A DNA stretch of 64,000 nucleotides from an uncultured Bacteroidales bacterium (lineage in GTDB: Bacteria; Bacteroidota; Bacteroidia; Bacteroidales; UBA10428), in NCBI GenBank assembly GCA_964634105.1, contig CAZWIU010000002.1:13034-77033 (forward strand). Reading direction: 5' to 3'. The translations under genes were made by a program, and so were the position numbers. The notes beneath the pieces were generated by a model that saw only the letters and a list, made by a program, of their open reading frames with translations, ran no database searches and had not been told where the DNA came from. Positions 1 through 9,000 of the stretch are shown here, in pieces (the stretch's first letter is position 1; each line of letters opens with the position of its first letter).

Positions 1-240
1 GGGCTAGCCCGTGACAGTGTGGTAGGAAGAAATGTCAGAACCGGCGAACAACTTAATACAGAAGAATTATACTGGGACCGTGGTAAGCAGATTATTTACT
101 CTAACGTGTTTACCAAAATCACAAATGAAGACGGAGTATACTATGGCGAAAGAGGATTTGAGGCAGATGAAGGTTTCCAGAATTATAAGCTGCTGGGTTC
201 AAGTGGTACGGTAAAAGTTAAAGATGAAGAAATCCAATAA
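1..240 (+). CDS. 3' end of a gene entering from upstream; LptC-like periplasmic protein C-terminus (partial)
   Basis: Frame 1 is open from base 1 to the TAA at 238-240 (GLARDSVVGRNVRTGEQLNTEELYWDRGKQIIYSNVF...). The TEELYWD...IYS pattern and the position just upstream of a CNNM/hemolysin gene and a ppiD-like gene match the lptC neighbourhood I recall in Bacteroidota. This is recall only. Confidence 0.4.
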   Translation, partial: GLARDSVVGRNVRTGEQLNTEELYWDRGKQIIYSNVFTKITNEDGVYYGERGFEADEGFQNYKLLGSSGTVKVKDEEIQ

Positions 241-430
241 CCTGAATCATGTGCTGGAAGTATTCTGGCTAATCGTTGCCATGCTGACGGCAATCATGGG
301 AATTTTTGCCCTGGTTAGACACGGGTTTAAATCATCCTATATGTTTTTCCTGATGGCAATTGTTTCGTTTCTTTTATATTATGCAAGACATGCTTTACGC
401 TTGAGAGATAGAGAGAAAACCAATGAATAA
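224..430 (+). CDS. small hypothetical membrane protein (68 aa, two hydrophobic helices)
   Basis: ATG at 224. There are two hydrophobic segments (VFWLIVAMLTAIMGIFALV and MFFLMAIVSFLLYY). It overlaps both neighbours by a few nt, a coupling-like arrangement. I recognise no family. Confidence 0.4.
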   Translation: MKKSNNLNHVLEVFWLIVAMLTAIMGIFALVRHGFKSSYMFFLMAIVSFLLYYARHALRLRDREKTNE

Positions 431-1685
431 TATAGTATGGATTTTGGTAATGCTGACTTTTAGTGCCTTCTTTTCGGGCATGGAGATAGCATTTATTTCC
501 TCGAATCGTTTGCGTATTGAATTGGATAAAAAGCAAGGACTCTTTGCAGCGCAAATAATATCAGTTTTTATCAATCAGCCATCTAAATTCCTGAGTGCAA
601 TGTTGATGGGCAATAATATTGCATTGGTAATTTATAGTATTCTGATGGCAACTGTCTTGGAGCCCTCCATAGAACAATATGTCGATTCGCCCATCCTGAT
701 ACTCCTTATACAAACTATTATTTCAACATTAATCATATTAGCCACAGGCGAATTCCTGCCAAAGCTAATATTCCGGACGATCCCCAATTTAACACTAAAT
801 ATTTTTTCAGTTCCCGGGATCATCTTTTACGGATTATTCTACCCGATTACTTCGTTGATTGTAATGCTCTCGGAATATATTATAAAAAAGATGCATGGTG
901 CCGGTAAAAATGAGCTCAACGCAAGACAAGTTTTCAATAAAGTTGACCTCACCCATTTAATCGATATCGCCCAGCAGCAAAAAACAAAAGAATCAACTGT
1001 TGATAATGACCTGAAATTATTTCAGAATGCCCTGGATTTTTCTTCTGTAAGAATACGCGATTGTATGGTGCCGCGTACCGAAATTGTGGCTCTTGATATC
1101 AACAGTTCAGTTGAAGAATTACGACAAAAATTCATTGAGACAGGATTTTCGAAAATCCTTATTTACAGAGGCACTGTGGACAATATGATAGGTTATATCA
1201 CTTCCAAGACCCTGTTCAAAAAAATTAAATCAATTGCTGATAGGCTGATTGAAATACCTTTTGTGCCGGAAACAATGTCGGCAAACCGGTTACTTGAAAG
1301 GTTTATCCAGGAAAAGAAAAGTGTAGCCATTGTTGTGGATGAATTTGGAGGAGTATCGGGTATGCTCACGATAGAGGATATCATGGAAGAGATCTTCGGT
1401 GAAATAGAGGACGAACACGATATGCCTGAATTAATTGAAAAGCAGATAAGTAAAGACGAGTACATTTTTTCAGGTCGGTTGGAAATTGATTATTTGAATG
1501 AGAAGTATCATTTGAAAATACCTGAGTCGGAAGATTATGAGACGCTGACTGGTTATATCTTCAAGTTTTATGAAAGTATTCCCAAAACGAATGAACAGAT
1601 AAAAATATCCCCATTTTATTTTAAAATCCTGAAGGTCAGCAGAACGAAAATCGACCTGGTTCAACTTAAAATTATTACGGAGTAG
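423..1685 (+). CDS. CNNM/hemolysin-family protein (DUF21 membrane domain + CBS pair + CorC_HlyC C-terminal domain)
   Basis: 420 aa. The N-terminal multi-TM DUF21-like region starts FFSGMEIAFISSN. A CBS-pair region follows (VRIRDCMVPRTEIVAL ... IGYITSKTLF ... VAIVVDEFGGVSGMLTIEDIMEEIFGEIEDEHD), then a CorC-type C-terminus. Confidence 0.85.
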   Translation: MNNIVWILVMLTFSAFFSGMEIAFISSNRLRIELDKKQGLFAAQIISVFINQPSKFLSAMLMGNNIALVIYSILMATVLEPSIEQYVDSPILILLIQTIISTLIILATGEFLPKLIFRTIPNLTLNIFSVPGIIFYGLFYPITSLIVMLSEYIIKKMHGAGKNELNARQVFNKVDLTHLIDIAQQQKTKESTVDNDLKLFQNALDFSSVRIRDCMVPRTEIVALDINSSVEELRQKFIETGFSKILIYRGTVDNMIGYITSKTLFKKIKSIADRLIEIPFVPETMSANRLLERFIQEKKSVAIVVDEFGGVSGMLTIEDIMEEIFGEIEDEHDMPELIEKQISKDEYIFSGRLEIDYLNEKYHLKIPESEDYETLTGYIFKFYESIPKTNEQIKISPFYFKILKVSRTKIDLVQLKIITE

Positions 1686-1847
1686 CGGTTTGTTTTCTCA
1701 CGCCAGCAGCCCTGAGAAGCTTACTGCAATAATGCTATAGGTAAAAATAAACTATTAATTTGCCCAAAATTTAACATCAGTATGTTGCATGAAGGTATTA
1801 ATTACTATATTCGTACCCTGATTTTTCAAACCTAAAAATCTTATTCA

Positions 1848-3956
1848 ATGGCAATTATACAAACCATAAGAAACCGTGCGGGCGTTTTACTGGCAATCAT
1901 TATCGGTATTGCTCTATTTGCTTTCGTCTTGGGCGATTTTATCACATCGGGAGGATTTATCTATCAGAAATCCAAAATGGATGTTGCAGTAATAAATGGA
2001 AATAAAGTTTCATTTACCGAATTCCAGAAATTGTCGACCAACATAGAAGAGGTAATGAAAGCACAATATCAGATTGGTTCGGTGGATGAACAAATGGCAC
2101 AAAGCGCCAGAAATCAGGCATGGCAGGATTTACTTCAGAAATACATACTCGATAAAGAATATCGAAAAATTGGCCTTGCGGTATCCGATCAGGAATTCAA
2201 TGATATGATCCAGGGTCCGAATCCACATCCCATGATCATGCAGATGTTTGCTAATCCTGAAACCGGAACATTAAACCGACTTCAGCTAACCGAATTTCTT
2301 AACCGGATAGATGAAATAACAGGTGCGCCAAAACTGATCTGGGTTTATTATGAAAACGTAATCAATAATGAACGTCTATTTACCAAGTATCATAACTTAA
2401 TCCGTAAGGGGCTATACGTTAATAAACTTGAAGCCGAGCGCCGGCAGAAAGATATGAATACCACGGTAGATTTCAGTTACATTCAGAAACCTTATACTTC
2501 AGTTTCTGACAGTAGTGTCGTGGTGAGTAAATCGGAAATCAGAAAATACTATAAAGAAAACAAAGCCAGGTTCAAACAGGAAGAATCGCGCGATTTGAAG
2601 TATGTGGCATTTGAAGTTATACCTTCCAAAGAAGATTATGCTGAAGCTGAAAAATGGATCAATGATATAGTTGAAGAATTCAGAAAGGTAGATGATGTTG
2701 AGCAATACATCAACTATACATCTCCACCTTACGACAAGACAAATTACAAGAAGGGGGAATTGCCCGACACGCTTGATGAATTCATGTTCAATGCCAAGCT
2801 GGGAGATATTTATGGCCCTTATTTCGAAGACAATGCTTTTAAACTTGCCAGGCTGGCTAAAATCAACTATCTGCCCGATTCAATTCGCGTAAGTCATATT
2901 CTGATTCCTGTCACTCAGAATAATGTTCAGCAGATGCAAATACTGGCTGACAGCCTGGTTAAACTTGCCAATAACGGGTATGATTTCGGAACCCTCGTAG
3001 AACAAAACTCACGCGATGCCTCTACCCTCCTTGCCAAAGGCGATATGGGCTGGATCAAGGAAGGTACAAAAGGTGCCAATTTCAGCGATTCATGTTTCAG
3101 CGCAAAGGTTGGCGAAGCAAAACTTACCTACAGCCAGGAAGGGTTACATGTCATAAAAGTAACAGCTCAATCGACCCCTGTAAAAAAGGTCCAGGTTGGT
3201 ATTCTGTCACGTGAGGTTACTCCGGGGAACAAGACCGATCAATATTACTATGCCAAGGCTGTTGATTTTGCCAGCAGAAATAATACCCTTGAATTATTCG
3301 ATGAAGCTGTTGCTAAAAACAATCTTATTGCAGTTCCTGTCTATGGACTAAAACCTCTTGACGAAGAAATTCAGGGAATACCAAACTCACGAAGAATTGT
3401 TCATTGGGCTTTTGAAACAGCAAAGAAAGAAGGTGAGCTTTACAATAATATTGAAAATTTTGGCGGAAAATACATTGTAGCCATTGTAACTAAACTTCGT
3501 AAAGCCGGTTACATACCAATCCAAGAAGTAACCGAGAATATAAGACTGGAACTTGTTAAAGAGAAGAAGGCAGCACAGATTGCAGAAGAAATGAAAAAGC
3601 TGGCGGGGAATTCATCCAATATCGATGCTGCTGCCTCTGCCCTGAAAGTGAATGTGAATTCGGCTACAGGAATAAGATTTGGCTCATTTACAGTACCGGG
3701 AGCAGGTGCCGAACCCGAGCTAATTGCTGCTGCTGTCAATTCAGATCCTGATAAAATTATCGGCCCCATTGCAGGTAAAAATGGCGTTTATATGCTAACT
3801 GTCGAAAATAAACAGGTAAGAGAAGATCAACTATCGAACCTGAAACTGGCCAGCAGTTACATGGAACAGAACTATGCCGCACGAGCTAACAGGTTGAGCT
3901 TTGAAAAGCTTAAAGAGTTATGTAAAGTCCGCGATGACCGTGCAAGGTTTTATTAG
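1848..3956 (+). CDS. PpiD/SurA-like periplasmic peptidyl-prolyl isomerase chaperone
   Basis: 702 aa with an N-terminal membrane anchor (AGVLLAIIIGIALFAFVLGDF). A parvulin-like core is present (IRVSHILIP ... GDMGWIKEG ... GLHVIKV). The size and architecture are typical of PpiD. Confidence 0.8.
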   Translation: MAIIQTIRNRAGVLLAIIIGIALFAFVLGDFITSGGFIYQKSKMDVAVINGNKVSFTEFQKLSTNIEEVMKAQYQIGSVDEQMAQSARNQAWQDLLQKYILDKEYRKIGLAVSDQEFNDMIQGPNPHPMIMQMFANPETGTLNRLQLTEFLNRIDEITGAPKLIWVYYENVINNERLFTKYHNLIRKGLYVNKLEAERRQKDMNTTVDFSYIQKPYTSVSDSSVVVSKSEIRKYYKENKARFKQEESRDLKYVAFEVIPSKEDYAEAEKWINDIVEEFRKVDDVEQYINYTSPPYDKTNYKKGELPDTLDEFMFNAKLGDIYGPYFEDNAFKLARLAKINYLPDSIRVSHILIPVTQNNVQQMQILADSLVKLANNGYDFGTLVEQNSRDASTLLAKGDMGWIKEGTKGANFSDSCFSAKVGEAKLTYSQEGLHVIKVTAQSTPVKKVQVGILSREVTPGNKTDQYYYAKAVDFASRNNTLELFDEAVAKNNLIAVPVYGLKPLDEEIQGIPNSRRIVHWAFETAKKEGELYNNIENFGGKYIVAIVTKLRKAGYIPIQEVTENIRLELVKEKKAAQIAEEMKKLAGNSSNIDAAASALKVNVNSATGIRFGSFTVPGAGAEPELIAAAVNSDPDKIIGPIAGKNGVYMLTVENKQVREDQLSNLKLASSYMEQNYAARANRLSFEKLKELCKVRDDRARFY

Positions 3957-3974
3957 TGGATTGAAAAAGAATAG

Positions 3975-4354
3975 AAAGGGGCTGTCTCAAAAGGGTCGGT
4001 TTTCGTCATTGCGAAGAAGTACCGAGACTTCGGTACGATTGAAGCCTGCCTTGCCGGCAGGCAGGCAATCTATTGATTATTAGTAAATGGCGTTTACCCT
4101 TGGGCAAGACCCAAGACCCTAAAAAGAATTTTACCCTGTGCCAAGAGCATCCCGACTAGCTTCCCTGCCCGCCAAGGCTCGGCAGGCGGGGCTGTCGGGA
4201 TTCCCACCTGCCGGATGGGCAGGAATTCGACTTACCCCCGATAACTATCGGGGTCATATCATGATATTCATGAAAATTGAGTCTCATTAATAAAATAAGA
4301 TTACTGCGCTTCGCTCGTAATGACGTTTGAAAAACCTTTTGAGACAGCCCCTTT
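3975..4354. repeat. GC-rich nested palindromic element closed by a perfect 20 bp inverted repeat; possible MITE, structured RNA or bidirectional terminator
   Basis: aaaggggctgtctcaaaagg (3975-3994) is the exact reverse complement of ccttttgagacagccccttt (4335-4354). A second imperfect IR pairs 4004-4016 with 4309-4325. Internal hairpins lie at 4019-4036, 4044-4066, 4099-4115, 4151-4199, 4207-4223 and 4236-4253, with a 12 bp palindrome at 4256-4267. The element sits between the convergent ppiD-like and yqeY-like genes. Confidence 0.8.
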
Positions 4355-4441
4355 TTATAATACTGTTCAATAAATTAAAAACAATACTGTCTACTATTAT
4401 TTCCTATGCATTGCTTAATGTGACAACTGCTATTATACAAA

Positions 4442-4894
4442 TCAGTTCCCCAGAAGTTCCTTAACAGCAGCTGCAATATCTTTACCATCAGCCTTACCGG
4501 CAAGTTCTTTGGAAGCTATTCCCATTACTTTACCCATATCCTTCATACCGGAAGCTCCTGTTTTTACAATAATATCTTTCAATATCGCTTTCATTTCATC
4601 GGCACCGAGTTTTGCAGGTAAGTATTTTTCGAGCGCAACAGCTTCATCTATTTCCTTTTGGTAAAGATCATTGCGCGACGACTGCTTGTAGATATCAGCC
4701 GATTCTTTTCGCTGTTTTACCAGTTTCTGGATGATCTTTATTTCTTCCTCTTCGGATATTTTCCCTCCGGACCCCTCCTGAGTCCTGGCAATAATAAAAG
4801 CTGTTTTTGCAGCCCGCAAGGCTTCCATTGTGATCTTATCTTTTGCGCGCATTGCGTTTTTAAGATCTTCGTCGATACGTTCGCTGATTCTCAT
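4442..4894 (-). CDS. GatB/YqeY domain-containing protein
   Basis: 150 aa. MRISERIDEDLKNAMRAKDK...EALRAAKTA...KQRKESADIY...LPAKL...GMKDMGKVMG is the YqeY pattern. Confidence 0.8.
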   Translation of the reverse strand: MRISERIDEDLKNAMRAKDKITMEALRAAKTAFIIARTQEGSGGKISEEEEIKIIQKLVKQRKESADIYKQSSRNDLYQKEIDEAVALEKYLPAKLGADEMKAILKDIIVKTGASGMKDMGKVMGIASKELAGKADGKDIAAAVKELLGN

Positions 4895-5077
4895 AGCAAA
4901 GTCTGAATTAGTATTTAGTCAAATATAATGTTTTGAGATGTTTAATTATAGTTCAAACTTAGTAATCGCAGATTAAGAACCAGAACTAACTGTTGTTCCA
5001 TACATTAATTATTGATAGCATGGTAACCTGGCATGTCACAGTACGACAATTTACTAATGAACCCATCATGTTACATA

Positions 5078-5518
5078 TTAATTGTGCTGTTCTCTGAAAA
5101 TCTCAATAAGACGCTCCGCAGGCATCATTTTATTTGGGTAATTGTTCATTTCAACCAGTACTTTATTCGTTGCCAGGGGACTTAATCCCATGCGAATTCC
5201 AAGATCCTTGATAAAATCCATTTCCCTGGATCCCGGTTCCTGATCGATGTTCATAAGGAGAACCAAACGGTGAAACTGTAAAATACGATCGAATTCGGAC
5301 TGTGGAGGGGTGAATTCGATATATTCAGCGAACAACGGATCGAACTGTACTTTGGAAATTCCCAGTCGTTCTGCAATTGCAAGAATAAAATCATATTCTT
5401 TTTGCCTGACAGTTTTATCGCAACTGGCAAGCTTGATAAGTTCGGTAAGCAGGCTGAGCTTTTCTTTCATGAAAAACATGGTTAAAGGGTTATCACAAAC
5501 ATACAGCCAATCTTTCAT
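5078..5518 (-). CDS. TerB-like / DjlA N-terminal-like small cytoplasmic protein (hypothetical)
   Basis: 146 aa helical protein with two repeats of the type A.D....KE..FI..IA..LG(I/L)S, which resembles the TerB fold family. The true start may be the internal ATG at 5470 (MKEKLSLL...). Confidence 0.45.
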   Translation of the reverse strand: MKDWLYVCDNPLTMFFMKEKLSLLTELIKLASCDKTVRQKEYDFILAIAERLGISKVQFDPLFAEYIEFTPPQSEFDRILQFHRLVLLMNIDQEPGSREMDFIKDLGIRMGLSPLATNKVLVEMNNYPNKMMPAERLIEIFREQHN

Positions 5519-5632
5519 AGGTGCAAATCCATCAATAAGATTCTGTATCCTTATAATAATTATAGCTTTCTTACAACCATTTTTATCGGGAAACAGATTG
5601 TTACGACCTAAATTGCGATTGTAATGCGTTTA

Positions 5633-5888
5633 ATTACTAAATCACTATTGTCCGGTAAAAGTTAAAAAATTTATATGCCACTAAATCACCAAGGCGCAAA
5701 GAAAACACTAAGAAGTTTATATTTAGCCTGTTGCATAGTTGTGAAACCATTGTGTCGTAGTGTCCTTGTGGCATAAATTCTAATTTTAATTGTTTGAGCC
5801 CACTGAATCAAAAATGCTAATCACTCTTGCTATAACCATACGTTAGGATTATCCATTCGTTTTACCCGGACAGCAATGATTACTAAAT
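5633..5888. repeat. MITE-like element: 10 bp direct repeat flanking imperfect terminal inverted repeats
   Basis: attactaaat occurs at 5633-5642 and again at 5879-5888. Just inside these, cactattgtccggtaaaa (5643-5660) pairs with ttttacccggacagcaatg (5860-5878) at about 15 of 18 positions with one 1-nt indel. The interior has no ORF and contains a gccac...caaggcgcaaag / tgtccttgtggc hairpin. Confidence 0.45.
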
Positions 5889-6046
5889 AAACTATACGAG
5901 TATCAAAAAGTACACATTCTCTAAAGTATAAGGTTATAAGGAAAATCGTTTATTATAGTTTATTATTCTAATAATGATTGTATTTCCATGATTTTTATTA
6001 ATTTAAATATATAATATCCCTAACTGTTCTCGGTTGTAGCTTTTTC

Positions 6047-9000
6047 ATGAATCGTAAATGGCTTTTGATAGGCTTATTGACTTTGCTGGGTTTTTGCATC
6101 GCCCTGGCGGGTTACCTGTATTTCAGGAATGAGTTAAATACTATCCGTTTTGAAAAAGAAAAGGAACTTACTGCAGTTGCGCGTCTGAAGATCGAGCAAA
6201 TAGCAAGTTGGTATACCGATGAAATAAATGATGCTAAACTGATCTCGAAAAATCCCCTTCTCCTCGACTCATATGGAAACTGGCTTTATTACAGAAATGA
6301 AAGTAGTATAAGAACGCTGAGAATGATCATCGATGCTTTAAAAGATGAACATTCGTATGAAGAGATTCTTTTAGTAAACTCTCAAGGCAGGGTAAATCTT
6401 ACTACCAATGACTCAGTATGTGATATTGATTCATTGTTGATTCCCCATATTCGTGAAGCGTTAAACACTGAGTCGGTTGTTATTACCAATTTGTATCGTT
6501 CCCAAATTCATCAGCATATTTATATTGATTTTATCTCTGCAATTAAATCCGGGAATAAGAAGCCTGAACATGTTATCATATTCAGGATGAACCCCGATCA
6601 GTTTTTATATCCCCTCATCAAATCGTGGCCATACCCGAGCAACACTTCCGAAACCATGCTTATTATGGAAGAAAATGACAGCGTGGTTTTTCTAAGTGAG
6701 CTGCGACATCAAAAAATGACCGTGTTGAGCTATAAATCGCCGATGGCCAATAAAAACCTTCCTTCAGCAAAGGCCCTATCCAACTATACCGGAATATTTA
6801 GTGGCCGGGACTATCGCGGAGAAAAAGTACTTTCGTACCTGAGTCCGATTCCCAATACACCCTGGACACTGGTTACCAAAATTGATAAGAAGGAATTCTT
6901 CAGAAGTTTTTATAAAGAGTCGTTCCTGATCGTAGCGCAAACCTGTTTGCTTATCATGTTATTAATTTTAACAAGCCTTTTTTTATACAGAGACCGCCAG
7001 CGTAAAATATACCGGGAACTCTTTCAAACGCAGGAAGAATTCCGTACAACGCTTTATAGCATAGGCGATGGTGTGATCACACTTGATAAAACCGGACATC
7101 TGGTCAATTTAAACCCAATAGCAGCAAAACTTACAGGCTGGAAAGAGAAAGAAGCTAAGGGGAAATCACTTGAAAAAGTTTTAAATATTATTGATAAAAC
7201 CAGCAGGAAAAAGATCCAGATCCCCGTTAATCAAATTATTGAAGATAGATCAGCCATCCATGAAACGAACCAGATTCTTCTGATAAACAAGAATAAAAGA
7301 GAGATTATCGTTTCTGTAACAGGATCAGCCATCAGGAACGTTGAAGGAACTATTTCCGGTGTTGTATTGGTGATCAGAGACCAGACTGAGGAAAGTAACA
7401 GGAAACGATTGATCGAGGAGAATGAGAAACGTTTTGCTGCATTCATGAATAACCTTCCTGCGCTTGTTCTTATTAAAGATCATGAATTAAGACCTGTTTA
7501 TACAAACCCACATTTTAACAGGTACTTCCCTGCTGAAGAGTGGCTTGGCAAAAAACCCGAAGAAATATTCCCACCGGAAATAGCAGGCCCAATGATTGAA
7601 AACGACCGTATGGCGATGGATGAAGGGTACTTAATGTATGAAGAAACATGGTGCGATAAGAACGGATTTAAGCACATCTATGAAACACATAAATTTCGCA
7701 TCGATCGGGGAGAAGATGGCGCTTATCTTGGAGCCATCATAATGGATATTACTGAAAGGAAAAATGTAGAAGCTGCTCTTGCCAGAGAAAAAAACCGTTT
7801 TGAAAGTCTGATATCGGCAATACCCGATAACGTTTATTTTAAAGATACCAAAAGCAGGTTCATTGGACTGAATAATGCTCTTGTACGGCTTTTTGGCATA
7901 AACACGGAGAAAGAAGCTATTGGTAAGACCGATTTCGACTTTTTCGATAAGGAACATGCCAGACAGGCATATGAGGATGAGCAACAAATTATTAAAACAG
8001 GTATTCCTATTGTCAACAAAGAAGAGAAAGAAGTATGGCCTGATGGCCATATCAGCTGGGTTTCGTCGACAAAAATACCAATGTACGACGAAGCAGGTAA
8101 TATAACCGGAATTATGGGTATTTCGAGGGACATAACAGAACGAAAGGAAGCAGAGGAAGCGTTACGTGCCAGCGAAGAGCGGTATAAATTATTTTCTGAA
8201 CTATCTTCCGATTATGTATATAGAATTGATATTGATGAAAAGGGCAGGTTGAGCCTGAATTTCCTTTCCGAAAGTTTCACCTCCATTACAGGAAGAAAAC
8301 CCGAAGAAGTGAAGACTATGGAATCATGGTCGAATATTTTCCATCCCGATGACCTCGATTCAATCTATCAATTTATCGGTAGAATAATTGATACAAAACA
8401 GGGCGGTGAAATTGAATGCCGAACATATATTAAAGAGAAACAACTCAGATGGATTCAAATCATTTCCCATCCGATAACAGATGATGAACAAAAAAAGGTA
8501 ATTTCCATTATCGGTTCTGTTAAGGATATTACCGAGCGAAAAGAAGCCGAAATCGTTCTTCACGAGAGCGAGGAGAAATTCAGAATTGCTTTCGATAATG
8601 CCCCTTCCGGAATGAGTATTGTCCATGCCGATGGCAAATTCCTTGCGGTGAATCCAATGTTATGCAATATGTTTGGATACTCGAAAGAAGATCTCCTGTC
8701 CGGCAAACTTCAGGATATCACCCATCCCGATGATATTGAACCGGGAAATGCCTGGATGAGAAGGAGGATTGCAGGAGATGACAGTGAACCCGAGTTCGAG
8801 AAAAGGTATATTCATAGAGATGGTCATATTGTCTGGGCCCTTGTACGTGCCCAATGGATAAAGAACCCTGATGGAACACCACGAATGGCCGTTGCCCATG
8901 TCCTGGATATAACTGAAAGGGTAAAAGCCCAGCAGGCATTAAGAGAGAGTGAGGAAATATTCCGGAATTTCCTGGAACATAGTCCTGTTTATGTCTTCTT

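Noticed and set aside
3901-4083. The 60-aa ORF running from the ppiD 3' end into the palindromic element.
   Set aside because: It overlaps the ppiD coding end and then reads through hairpin DNA (Arg/Ser/Gly-rich). It is an artefact of GC-rich repeats.
3975-4354. The possibility that the GC-rich element is a known housekeeping RNA (tmRNA because of the ggggctg start, RNase P RNA, SRP RNA or 6S), or a group II intron remnant.
   Set aside because: It has no tRNA-like 3' end or tag reading frame, none of the conserved RNase P (GGAAAGUCCGG) or SRP motifs, and no domain V-like sequence. A perfect 20 bp closing repeat is atypical for these RNAs.
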